A stretch of DNA of 64,000 bases from the IMG/VR virus record IMGVR_UViG_3300027770_000029. One strand, written 5' to 3'. The notes under the pieces were generated by a model. That model did not search any database and had not been told where the DNA came from. It saw nothing but the letters and a program-made list of their open reading frames with translations. The position numbers and the translations under genes were made by a program. This stretch comes from a virus. Shown in pieces: positions 15,660 to 24,633 of this stretch (position 1 is the first letter of the stretch; every line of letters begins with the position of its first letter).

Positions 15660-15751
15660 GGGAGAGCTGCTAGGGCGGTGGTCTAGCGACGAGCTGTAAA
15701 CCCGTTCCCTCAGGGCAAACACTGTCAGTTCGAATCTGACCTCTCCCACCA
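15660..15751 (+). tRNA. tRNA-Tyr(GTA)
   Basis: Long variable arm, loop CTGTAAA, CCA; one A.C mismatch in the anticodon stem. Confidence 0.85.
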
Positions 15752-15755
15752 TCGA

Positions 15756-15832
15756 AGGACTATAGCTCAGTTGGTTAGAGCTAGCGTTTCATACACACTC
15801 GGTCACTTGTTCGAATCAAGTTAGTGCCACCA
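15756..15832 (+). tRNA. tRNA with CAT anticodon (Met or Ile2), degenerate
   Basis: Canonical D and T arms and CCA; mismatches at 1:72 and 3:70 and one in the anticodon stem. Confidence 0.6.
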
Positions 15833-15833
15833 T

Positions 15834-15908
<75 letters not shown>

Positions 15909-15912
15909 CATT

Positions 15913-15989
<77 letters not shown>

Positions 15990-15995
15990 CATGAC

Positions 15996-16079
15996 GCGCG
16001 GATGGTGGAATGGTATACACGCAGGTCTTAGAAGCCTGTGCCTGACGGCTTGAGGGTTCAAGTCCCTCTTCGCGCACCA
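15996..16079 (+). tRNA. tRNA-Leu(TAG)
   Basis: Type II cloverleaf, CCA. Confidence 0.93.
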
Positions 16080-16146
16080 CCTATAAAATTAGAAAGTTGA
16101 TTAACCTGAATCAATCGTATGAGTATATTTAGAACCGAGGGTTCGA

Positions 16147-16929
16147 ATGTTTTCATGCGACTGTGAGTTTTTGACAGATTCTCTTAGAACTTTAAGGAGT
16201 CATTACGCAGCAAATCACGGCAGCGGAATCTCTTTCTTTGAAAAGTTCGATGACGTAATCACTTCCAATTGGGAAGATTTCCCACAAAGAGCGATTCGCT
16301 CGTTCTTACTTTGGAAGTCAAATTACAAATGCACGTCATGTGGATACGAAAAAACACGAGAGTGCGGTGCTTCGATACTTGAAGTTGATCACATCGATGG
16401 AAATCATGATAATAACTCTTTAAGTAACCTTCGCATTCTTTGCCCAAACTGTCACGCTCTAACTCCAAAATATCGAAATTGGTCGAACAAAGGAAACGAA
16501 AAGCATGCTTCATCACTAAGACCGGGTAATGCTGGTTATAATGAAAGGCACAAGACCCAAGAAGCGAAGAGATTTGAACGACAACTCAAAATTGAAACGA
16601 AGAAAGCTCAGACGACTGAGATAAAACGTGATAAGAAGAAAGTTTTTCGAGAGTTTGAAAAAACTAAGATTAACTTTCAGGAAAGGTTTATTCAAAAAGT
16701 GAATGAGCTTCATCAATCTAAAGAGATTGACTTTTCAAAGTATGGATGGGTTCAGTTATTAGCTGAACGTTGTAATGAACATCCACAAGTCGTCGGTCGT
16801 AGAGTTCGCTCACTAATGCCTGATTTTTATCTTGAACATTGCTTCAGCAGAAGATATAATCATTACATCAAGAATATGGAGAGCATCCGGCCAGATGAGG
16901 AAACAGCCTTGAAAACTGTCGCGGGTTAA
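16147..16929 (+). mobile_element. HNH homing endonuclease (free-standing)
   Basis: CTSCG...LEVDHIDGNHDNN...LRILCPNCH. Confidence 0.88.
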
Positions 16930-16966
16930 GAGCCCGTTGTGGGTGCGAGTCCCACGCTCTCCGCCA
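16878..16966 (+). tRNA. tRNA-Ser(TGA), overlapping the last 52 nt of the HNH ORF
   Basis: GGAGAGC/GCTCTCC, G73, long variable arm, CCA. Confidence 0.88.
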
Positions 16967-16970
16967 TCTT

Positions 16971-17044
16971 GCCCCCTTAATTTAATGGTAAAATACCTGT
17001 TTTGTAATCAGGCTTTGTTGGTTCGATTCCGACAGGGGGCACCA
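16971..17044 (+). tRNA. tRNA-Thr(TGT)
   Basis: Cloverleaf, CCA. Confidence 0.9.
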
Positions 17045-17048
17045 CACG

Positions 17049-17080
17049 GCCGGCATCTAATAATAGATGCCGGCTTTTTT
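17049..17080 (+). terminator. Rho-independent terminator
   Basis: GCCGGCATCTA-ATAA-TAGATGCCGGC followed by T6. Confidence 0.85.
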
Positions 17081-17114
17081 GATGATAGCAATCAACAACA
17101 AAGGAACAATCAAC

Positions 17115-17462
17115 ATGAAGCTCGCTAATGTCCTACTTCTTCTTCCTCTCCTCACCCTTGCAGCATGCGGCGGAGATGATGACAAGACCAGCACCGTTGA
17201 TACCGCAGCTTGCGGTGAGGGTGATACCAGCTCGGTCGATACTGCTGTGACTGTCACCTGCACCGACGCCACGGGCACCTACGACGTCGGCGCCACGTGG
17301 ACCTGCGAGGATGGCTGCAACTCCTGCTCTTGCCAGGAGGATGGAACGGTCGCTCAGACCGAGATGGCGTGCCCTGATACCGGTGACACGGGCGGTGAGG
17401 TTCCCCCTGACACTGGCTCCTCTGATACGGGTTCCTCTACCGACACCTCCACCGAGGGTTGA
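17115..17462 (+). CDS. Lipoprotein with pacifastin/VWC-like Cys module and DTG repeats
   Basis: LAAC lipobox; CEDGCNSCSC...ACP. Confidence 0.85.
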   Translation: MKLANVLLLLPLLTLAACGGDDDKTSTVDTAACGEGDTSSVDTAVTVTCTDATGTYDVGATWTCEDGCNSCSCQEDGTVAQTEMACPDTGDTGGEVPPDTGSSDTGSSTDTSTEG

Positions 17463-17466
17463 TAAA

Positions 17467-18456
17467 ATGATCGCGATTCTTTCCCTGCTCATCGCATGCT
17501 CCGATGCCAGCAACGTTGCGGAGCCCGTAAATCCGCAGATCACGGATGCTGTCACGGTTGATCGTACTAAGCTTGGAGCGTTCCAGCCGCTCCCGGAAAA
17601 CTTCTTCATTGCGGGAGCGGAGCCTTCTCCTGATCTGATCTTTCTCGGTCGCCGTCTCTTCTTTGAGACCCAGCTCTCGGCCGACGCCAACATGTCATGC
17701 TCCACCTGTCATAATGTTGCGAAGGACGGCGCTGATGAGCATAAGTTCTCCCCGGGTCACAAGATGACGCCGGCAGGTCGTAACTCTCCGACGGTCTTCA
17801 ACGCAGCAGGACAGGCTTCCCAGTTTTGGGACGGTCGAGCAAAGACGGTCGAGGAGCAGGCACTCGGTCCTATCCTCGCTGCGGGTGAGATGGCGATGCC
17901 GGATGCCGAGACCGTTGCCCGCGTCCTCAAGGAGGATCCCACCTACGTTGTTGAGTTCGCGAAGGCATTCCCGGGTGAGAAGGATCCCCTCACTTTTGAG
18001 AACGTCGGTGTCGCCATCGGTGCCTACGAGCGAACGCTGGTCACACCCTCCAGGTGGGACGCTTTCCTCCAGGGTGACGATGCCGCTCTCACCAACGACG
18101 AGAAGCGGGGCCTCAATACCTTCATGGAGGTCGGTTGCACGGCATGTCATAACGGCACTCTTCTCGGTGGTGCGTCTTTCATGAAGCTCGGTGCTGTGGA
18201 GCCTTGGCCCAACCAGGCAGACCAGGGGCGATTCGGAGTGACGGGACAGGAAACCGATCGGATGGTCTTCAAGGTGTCTTCCCTTCGCAATTCCACTGAG
18301 ACGGCACCCTACTTCCACGATGCATCTTCCGAGAGCCTGGGCGCAGCCGTCTACATGATGGGAAAGCACCAGCTTGGTAAGTCTCTCACCCCTGAGCAGG
18401 TGACTGATATTGTGAGCTTTCTCGGGTCCACAAAGGGAAATCCAGCTTCCTTCTGA
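17467..18456 (+). CDS. ccp: Di-haem cytochrome c peroxidase (CCP/MauG family), probably a lipoprotein
   Basis: CSTCH and CTACH haem motifs, RNSPTVFNA, QFWDGRA, FKVSSLRN. Confidence 0.93.
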   Translation: MIAILSLLIACSDASNVAEPVNPQITDAVTVDRTKLGAFQPLPENFFIAGAEPSPDLIFLGRRLFFETQLSADANMSCSTCHNVAKDGADEHKFSPGHKMTPAGRNSPTVFNAAGQASQFWDGRAKTVEEQALGPILAAGEMAMPDAETVARVLKEDPTYVVEFAKAFPGEKDPLTFENVGVAIGAYERTLVTPSRWDAFLQGDDAALTNDEKRGLNTFMEVGCTACHNGTLLGGASFMKLGAVEPWPNQADQGRFGVTGQETDRMVFKVSSLRNSTETAPYFHDASSESLGAAVYMMGKHQLGKSLTPEQVTDIVSFLGSTKGNPASF

Positions 18457-18461
18457 ACTTT

Positions 18462-18548
18462 GGAGACGTGGGTGAGTGGCTCAAACCAGTCCCTTGCTAA
18501 GGGACCACCGGCGAAAGTTGGTCGCAGGTTCGAATCCTGCCGTCTCCG
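18462..18548 (+). tRNA. tRNA-Ser(GCT), CCA not encoded
   Basis: Type II cloverleaf, loop TTGCTAA, G73. Confidence 0.92.
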
Positions 18549-18708
18549 TACTAACGGCTCCTGATCAGAGATCGTATACACGGGACCATGCTCGCATGGC
18601 GAAATCCCGTCCAAATCGTAGGTTGGCACAGTTCGCGGCTCTGGAGGTATTCCAAAAGCCGCTTTTCTTTTATCTGATACAGACTTAACGGCATCAGGAC
18701 AAGAACAA

Positions 18709-19008
18709 ATGGCAATTCACATATCAGAAATCAAGCTCCGCCAGATCATCAAAGAAGAATTGTTTCGTGAGTCGAAGGATAACGACCCTCCGGCTGAAAT
18801 TTCTTACGAAGTTGAGGTCCCGCACCGGCCGCATGATCATGATGAGGAGATCGCTGATGCTATCCAGAAAGCTCAGACGAAAGCTATCGACGATCACAGC
18901 GCGAGATATGATATAAGCGATGATCACGGTGATGGATATAAGAAACTTGGGAAGACAAAGGGCGGAAAAATTCGATACAAGGTCTACTTGTCCCATATCA
19001 AGAGGTAG
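18709..19008 (+). CDS. Acidic protein with N-terminal ISEIKLRQIIKEE motif
   Basis: Motif present; RBS upstream. Confidence 0.85.
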   Translation: MAIHISEIKLRQIIKEELFRESKDNDPPAEISYEVEVPHRPHDHDEEIADAIQKAQTKAIDDHSARYDISDDHGDGYKKLGKTKGGKIRYKVYLSHIKR

Positions 19009-19020
19009 CAGGAGAAAATT

Positions 19021-19593
19021 ATGAGCTCTACACCGACTCTCCTTCGCCAGCTTATTCGTGAGAGCATCTCTCGACCCAAAATTTACGTTCTTGTCGGACC
19101 TCCCGGAGTCGGAAAGTCGCACTGGGTTCGACAGAACGTGCGTGACGCTTATATCATCAGCAGGGATGACATTGTTGATGCAGTTCGAGCTCCTCACGGA
19201 ATCAAATACAATGACACGTTTGGCCCAGCGGGTCGTCACATCTCAAAGGAAGTTGATAGAGAATTTCGTAATCGTGTCGCGGGAGCAGCCCAGTCGGGTC
19301 AGGATATAGTCGTTGACATGACAAATATGGGGGTCGGTTCCAGAAAGAGCGCTCTGAAAGCCATTGCGGGACGTGAGAGAGAATATGAGAAGATTGCTGT
19401 CTTCTTTGACTATCGCGGGATGGAGAGCAAAGTGCAACGATCGGTCGATCTCCGTGCTGCAGAGCTCCAGGACAAAAACTTGAGCCCTGCAATCATGCAA
19501 AGCATGTTTAATCGTCTGGAACTACCGACACGAGAAGAGGGTTTCGATGATATTATTGTCGTTGACCCGTCAGAGACATTAAATCGTCCCTAG
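19021..19593 (+). CDS. P-loop kinase (AAA_33/polynucleotide-kinase-like) with N-terminal LLRQLIRES motif
   Basis: GPPGVGKS Walker A; IISRDD; IVVDMTN. Confidence 0.85.
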   Translation: MSSTPTLLRQLIRESISRPKIYVLVGPPGVGKSHWVRQNVRDAYIISRDDIVDAVRAPHGIKYNDTFGPAGRHISKEVDREFRNRVAGAAQSGQDIVVDMTNMGVGSRKSALKAIAGREREYEKIAVFFDYRGMESKVQRSVDLRAAELQDKNLSPAIMQSMFNRLELPTREEGFDDIIVVDPSETLNRP

Positions 19594-19622
19594 CTCCTCC
19601 TATAGTTAGAAGAGGAGCGACA

Positions 19623-20804
19623 ATGAACAGAATCCCACGTTTACTACTTTTCGCCCTTCTGCTGCCACTCGAGAACGGCTGCATGGATTCTGAGCTTCAT
19701 CCGGTTAAAGATCCGCCTCCGGATGGGACGCCTGCGATCCAGGTCGACCCGGAGTCAATTGACTTTGGGATCGTTCCAGCGGGTGAGAGCTCAGCTAGCA
19801 TCATAACGATGTCATCGGTGGGTTCTGTCGCTCTCAATGTGACAGCGATGCAGATAGGAGAGGGACGAGAGACGTTCACGCTCCTTGAGCCATTGACGGG
19901 AACATATGAGCCTGATGATTCTGTTGAGCTAACGATCACTTACAATTCAGATGGGAGTGAAACAAGCGGTGTCCTTCAAATCCTTTCTAACGATCCTAGC
20001 CATCCTAATACTAGTGTGCCTCTGCTAGCTCACGCAGAGATCAATGTCGATACGGGAGAGACAGGCGATACTGCACCGCCACTTTCGCAACCCGTTGCAG
20101 TCTGCTCCGTTGATCCGATTGAGGTGGAGGCGATTCACGGATCAGCCGATTGGGTCGGAAATTCTTCATACGATTCAGATGGTTCAATCGTTGATTATCG
20201 CTGGACGTTGATCTCGTCACCAGCGGGTGCAACAGCAACAACGCCAGCTGGAACTGCGAATCGTCGTAACTTTGTTCCTGATGTCGCTGGAGAATACATC
20301 GGAGAGCTTGTAGTGGTCGACAACGATGGCCTAGAGTCGGAGCCGTGTCAGGCGACCTTGAACGCCACCGCTGGTAGCGGTCTCTGGATCGAGATGTTCT
20401 GGACCTACTCGGGAGATGACATGGACCTTCACCTCCTGGATGACGGTGGGGTCCTGACGGGAACATCCGACTGCTATTACGCGAACTGCACCTGGGGCGG
20501 ACTTAACTGGGGCGCCGCAGGCACTGCTGACAACCCCGTTCTCGATCTCGATGACATCATGGGAACTGGTCCCGAGAACATCAACATCGACTCACCGGCA
20601 CGAGGGACCTACACGGTCTACGTGCACGACTACCCAGGTTCCGTCTACATGGGTCAGAACGACGTTACGGTGAGTGTGTATCTTGGAGGCTCTCTCATCT
20701 GGACTGACACTAGAAACGTCAACTCGGAAGGTTGCTATGAGCCGTTTGTTGAAGTCAACGTTCCTGGAGGGGCTACGACCGATCTTTACGGCAGCTGTAG
20801 ATGA
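19623..20804 (+). CDS. Secreted or lipoprotein with Ig-like (choice-of-anchor D and PKD-like) and YfaP/DUF2135-like domains
   Basis: Signal peptide; IDFG; SYDSDGSIVDYRW; DMDLHL...DDIMGTGPENI. Confidence 0.75.
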   Translation: MNRIPRLLLFALLLPLENGCMDSELHPVKDPPPDGTPAIQVDPESIDFGIVPAGESSASIITMSSVGSVALNVTAMQIGEGRETFTLLEPLTGTYEPDDSVELTITYNSDGSETSGVLQILSNDPSHPNTSVPLLAHAEINVDTGETGDTAPPLSQPVAVCSVDPIEVEAIHGSADWVGNSSYDSDGSIVDYRWTLISSPAGATATTPAGTANRRNFVPDVAGEYIGELVVVDNDGLESEPCQATLNATAGSGLWIEMFWTYSGDDMDLHLLDDGGVLTGTSDCYYANCTWGGLNWGAAGTADNPVLDLDDIMGTGPENINIDSPARGTYTVYVHDYPGSVYMGQNDVTVSVYLGGSLIWTDTRNVNSEGCYEPFVEVNVPGGATTDLYGSCR

Positions 20805-20946
20805 TTTTTAAGATTGTCGACTACTGGTTCAGGCTCTTCATGTGGATGCTGCTTGATCCGATGGGTCGAACATTTTTCTGGATCTCAGATGTCACGTTGC
20901 TAATTGCGTGCGCATCATTTCTGTGGTACACAAAGGATGAAAAGAA

Positions 20947-21174
20947 ATGAGATGGAGAACGTCAGGTGAGTCACCAGCCGGGAGGCATAAACTCTCGGAG
21001 CCGCGCGCGAAGACAAAGGCACCACATGACCCGACTTATGGTCACGAGCCTGACATGCTTGACGCGCCGGGTCTCATGGTGGAACCTGACGTTCGTCGTA
21101 AGATCGCAAAATACTTCAAGCAGATGAGGCTTCGCGAGATGATAGAGGAAATTATCGATGAGATGATTAGGTGA
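20947..21174 (+). CDS. Small hypothetical protein with C-terminal LREMIEEII motif
   Basis: ORF 75 aa; start uncertain. Confidence 0.55.
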   Translation: MRWRTSGESPAGRHKLSEPRAKTKAPHDPTYGHEPDMLDAPGLMVEPDVRRKIAKYFKQMRLREMIEEIIDEMIR

Positions 21175-22201
21175 AGTGACCTAGATCAGCCAGAACAAGC
21201 TCACCTGTCTCCGGCCTTAGCATGATGTTGTTTCCGTGAACGTCAGACGGATTGATGTTCATTGACTTTAGATCCTCAAGTGCGCTCACGAGTTCCCGGA
21301 CTCCCTTGATTCTTCCAAGCGGTCCAGGGACTTCTTTCGTCGGCTCTTTCGGAACCGCTCGACGTCCGAGCAAGCTCGTTATTGAGCTCATTATCATCTG
21401 ATTCAACGACTGTATTGAACCAGGTCTGGTGATTCCAAGCGCGCGGCACCAGAGCTCAACTTTCTTTCCAATCGCCGATCTTAGTCCGTCAATGGCCGAG
21501 AGCATTATTCCACTACCTTGATCTGTTACCTCAGGGTCATAAGATGCGGAGACCAGCATTTTCTTAAGTCTGCTGAATTCTTCGGCTGGGTCTGATTTTC
21601 TTGGAGCACCGGCAATCGCTGCGTCGACCGCGCGCTTCGATCTGCTCATTGCCTCATCAACGACTGCTGAGAAAGCTTCACGATCGCTAACAAGAGAGCC
21701 TAAAGAGTGGATGGATCGAGTCGCTGGCTGGGTAATGAGATCGAACATATTTCCCGGTAGCTCCTCGAGTCTCTCCATGACAATGACACCCAGATTCTCT
21801 GGACTTCCAAAGTCATCAGTTGGAAGCGGAACTCCCAGGTCCTCTAGCGTTCTGATCTTATAGATCACTGGCATATGGCGAGCAACCCGGTCTGGTAGTC
21901 TGACAATCGCTTGCTGGGCGCGTTTGTAGCTCTCGATCTCATTCAGGGGCTGAATCTTAAGAATTACGTTTTCATTTCTCTCGTCGACGGCTGAGAATGT
22001 GTAAGCTCCGTACAGCCTCTTGGATCTTGACAGGTATCGAACGTCGGCCAATCCCATCTCTTCTGCGACATCTTTGGCCACACTTTCCATCTTCGCTCGT
22101 CTCTGCACAAACGGATCTGCTGGGACATGGTGGGCTGGTAGTGGCGCGGTGGCGTCCGATTCCAGCATCAAGCGTATCAGCTTTCTTAGGTTTCCGTTCA
22201 T
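21167..22201 (-). CDS. Protein-kinase-like protein with N-terminal LRKLIRLMLE motif
   Basis: VILKI, IVMERL, DVHGNNIM, ADLG motifs; ATG at 22201 after ATATTTA. Confidence 0.8.
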   Translation of the reverse strand: MNGNLRKLIRLMLESDATAPLPAHHVPADPFVQRRAKMESVAKDVAEEMGLADVRYLSRSKRLYGAYTFSAVDERNENVILKIQPLNEIESYKRAQQAIVRLPDRVARHMPVIYKIRTLEDLGVPLPTDDFGSPENLGVIVMERLEELPGNMFDLITQPATRSIHSLGSLVSDREAFSAVVDEAMSRSKRAVDAAIAGAPRKSDPAEEFSRLKKMLVSASYDPEVTDQGSGIMLSAIDGLRSAIGKKVELWCRALGITRPGSIQSLNQMIMSSITSLLGRRAVPKEPTKEVPGPLGRIKGVRELVSALEDLKSMNINPSDVHGNNIMLRPETGELVLADLGHFT

Positions 22202-22255
22202 CTTGTTAAATATTCGTTGCAAATTGAACTCGTCACCAGTATAGTCTTTCTGTTG

Positions 22256-22331
22256 GCCCCGGTAGACCAGCGGCAGAGTCAGGAGACTTAAAATCTCTGT
22301 AGGGCGGGTTCGAATCCCGCCCGGGGCACCA
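22256..22331 (+). tRNA. tRNA-Leu(TAA) with a short variable loop
   Basis: GCCCCGG/CCGGGGC, loop CTTAAAA, 5-nt variable region, CCA. Confidence 0.85.
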
Positions 22332-22387
22332 CTCTGTTTATAGTCTCAGTAAAAGAGTTAAAATTAACGTCTCAAAGGAGAAGCACA

Positions 22388-22495
22388 ATGAAGTTCGTCA
22401 TTCTTGCAGTTCTCGGTTCTCTCTTCCTCGGTGGTTGCACCGGTGGTAAGGACGATACCGGCACTGATACGAGCTCTGCCACTACGGCCGAGTGA
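22388..22495 (+). CDS. 35-aa lipoprotein (MKFVILAVLGSLFLGGCTGGKDDTGTDTSSATTAE), not in the ORF track
   Basis: AAGGAG RBS, LGGC lipobox, DTG tail, terminator follows. Confidence 0.75.
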   Translation: MKFVILAVLGSLFLGGCTGGKDDTGTDTSSATTAE

Positions 22496-22517
22496 TCCTA
22501 AAGCTCAAAATAGAGCG

Positions 22518-22545
22518 ACGGCTGGCACTGGTTGCCAGCCGTTTT
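22518..22545 (+). terminator. Rho-independent terminator
   Basis: ACGGCTGGCA-CTGGT-TGCCAGCCGT followed by TTT. Confidence 0.7.
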
Positions 22546-22571
22546 CATATTTACGAGCGGAGAAAATTAGC

Positions 22572-23168
22572 ATGCTAACTGCAATTGGCGACGTGATGAG
22601 GAAGTGCTACGATCGTGGATGGATCACAAATCGTGACGGAAATATCTCACTGTGTCGTAATAACTCGAAGACTCTGTACATCACGCCTTCAGGCTGGAGG
22701 AAGACTATCATCCACCCAGAGCATATCGTGAAGTGCAAGCTTGTCGATGACGGCGTAATCGCTCCTTCCGGACAAACCGCAAGCGGTGAGCTTCATATGC
22801 ACTGGCTCATTCAGAAGGATTTCACAAAAACCCGCGCCGTCGTTCATGTTCACGCGACCCATGTGGTTGCAGCAATGTTTGCAGGTTGGGACCTTCAGGA
22901 GCTCGCCAGACAGTTTCCAGAAGTGAACCGGTACACCCGAGTAGGGCCTAACGTACCTGCCCTGCCGGCAACATCACGTGAACTGGGCGATATGACTGGG
23001 GTGCATCTGGGGTGCCTACCGGACGGGTCGCTCCAGTATGATATCGTAGGGCAAGCGAATCACGGGGTCTGCGCAGTCGCTGGTGATCCGTGGTCAGCTT
23101 TTGAGCACGTTGAGCGTCTCGATCACATCTGCGAGATTGTGCTAAAAAGTGGCGTGAAGCCGAAATAA
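22572..23168 (+). CDS. Class II aldolase/adducin family protein
   Basis: DGNIS, ITPSG, SGELHMH, VVHVHATH, NHGV. Confidence 0.88.
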   Translation: MLTAIGDVMRKCYDRGWITNRDGNISLCRNNSKTLYITPSGWRKTIIHPEHIVKCKLVDDGVIAPSGQTASGELHMHWLIQKDFTKTRAVVHVHATHVVAAMFAGWDLQELARQFPEVNRYTRVGPNVPALPATSRELGDMTGVHLGCLPDGSLQYDIVGQANHGVCAVAGDPWSAFEHVERLDHICEIVLKSGVKPK

Positions 23169-23218
23169 AGATCACAAATTCGAACTCAGGTTAATATCTA
23201 AAACAAGAGGATTAACTT

Positions 23219-23899
23219 ATGTTCGAATGCGAAAATTGCTCAATCTCTCATGATGCCTCGTATGGAAGCGGAAGATTCTGCAGCGCAAAATGTTCGAGGT
23301 CATTTTCGACTAGATCGAAGAGAAAAGAGATAAATGAAAAAGTCTCAAAGTCTTTGTCTGGTAGAGAATGTCCCAAAGATTTTGAGTGTGATGGGTGCGG
23401 TAAAAAATTCGGTTCGAAGATGGCTCTGATAGGGCACAAGTCAAATTGCGATAAAAATGATGCAAAGCTTGAACGCGAAAGATATAATCAAAACAGATTG
23501 GAAGTCAAGCTAAATGCTTCATTTGAAGAACTTTCAATCATCTTGAAAAGAGAAAAAATTTTCCGTGAACAATCTGGTAAATGTAACCATTGCGGATTAG
23601 AAAACTGGCTCGGACAAAAAATAACTCTAGAGCTTGAACATCGCGATGGAAACACAAATAATAATGACAGATCGAACCTAGAGCTTCTTTGCCCAAATTG
23701 CCATTCTCTAACTCACACGTGGAGAGGCAGAAATAAAAGCAAAAGTAACTCTAGAAAAAGAGTGAGTGATGAAGATCTTTCAGAAGCACTAAAAAGCAGC
23801 TTGTCAATTCGTCAGGCGCTGATTAAAGTTGGTTTAGCTCCTAAAGGTGCAAACTACTTCAGAGCGAAAAAGTTAAAAGAAAATTTAACGGGCCTTTAG
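23219..23899 (+). mobile_element. HNH homing endonuclease with N-terminal Zn ribbon
   Basis: CENC..GSGRFCSAKC; LELEHRDGN..NN..LELLCPNCH; stop codon lies inside tRNA-Lys. Confidence 0.88.
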
Positions 23900-24168
23900 C
23901 TCAACTGGCAGAGCAAGGGACTTTCAATGGAAGCTTCAGGGAGAAATCTCTGTCGAACACAGCCCAAATTCGGGGAACTCTTAACAGGTAATGCTGATGA
24001 CAATCCCGAGCGAAGCCCGAAAGGGAACGTGTAGAGACTAGAGGGGCTGCACCCTAACGAGAAAGACGAGGGTGATGGTATAGTCCAGACCACGAACTGC
24101 AAAGGCGACGAAAGTCGAAGTGGTATGTAATCCCAAGGTTGTGGGTTCGATTCCCACAGGGCCCACCA
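23890..24168 (+). tRNA. tRNA-Lys(TTT) split by a group I intron (exons 23890-23924 and 24128-24168)
   Basis: Joined loop CTTTTAA, A73, CCA. Confidence 0.9.
23925..24127 (+). mobile_element. ORF-less group I intron (203 nt) at anticodon position 35/36
   Basis: AAATTCGGGGAA, AATCCCGAGC, GTGTAGAGACT, GGTATAGTCC; terminal G. Confidence 0.88.
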
Positions 24169-24210
24169 TCTGAAGGTTTCAGGAAACCCTTCCAAAAAAC
24201 GGAACCATGT

Positions 24211-24283
24211 TGGGGCGTCGTTCAACGGTAGGACAGCGGGCTTTGACCCCGCGAATTAAGGTTCGAATCCTTGCGCCCCAACC
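24211..24283 (+). tRNA. tRNA-Gln(TTG)
   Basis: Cloverleaf, U1:A72, CCA. Confidence 0.92.
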
Positions 24284-24287
24284 ACAT

Positions 24288-24363
24288 CGATCCCATCGTC
24301 TATCGGTTAGGACTCGAGACTTTCAATCTCGTAAGCTGGATTCAACTCCCAGTGGGATCACCA
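24288..24363 (+). tRNA. tRNA-Glu(TTC)
   Basis: Cloverleaf, CCA; one T-stem mismatch. Confidence 0.88.
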
Positions 24364-24578
24364 GATGCTGTTGATTCGTCAACTGCAGTAGCGTGCAAAA
24401 TCATGGGGTTGCGCGCTCGAGAGGCACAAACTTATTGCAATCCACGGGTCTGAGCGCTCGAGATTGGGACCGAGGTCTCTCCGGTCTTATAACACGCAGG
24501 TCGTACCGATCAGCTTCAGTGACCAGACCGTTGTTTGACCAGTTGAACGTCCTCACGGTACTGGGGGTCAGTAAACAT

Positions 24579-24620
24579 CCGCCGGGTCGCCGAATATTTA
24601 TCGGGGCCCGGCGGTTTTTT
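24579..24620 (+). terminator. Rho-independent terminator closing the tRNA island
   Basis: CCGCCGGG...CCCGGCGG followed by T6. Confidence 0.8.
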
Positions 24621-24633
24621 CTAGGAGGTAAAC

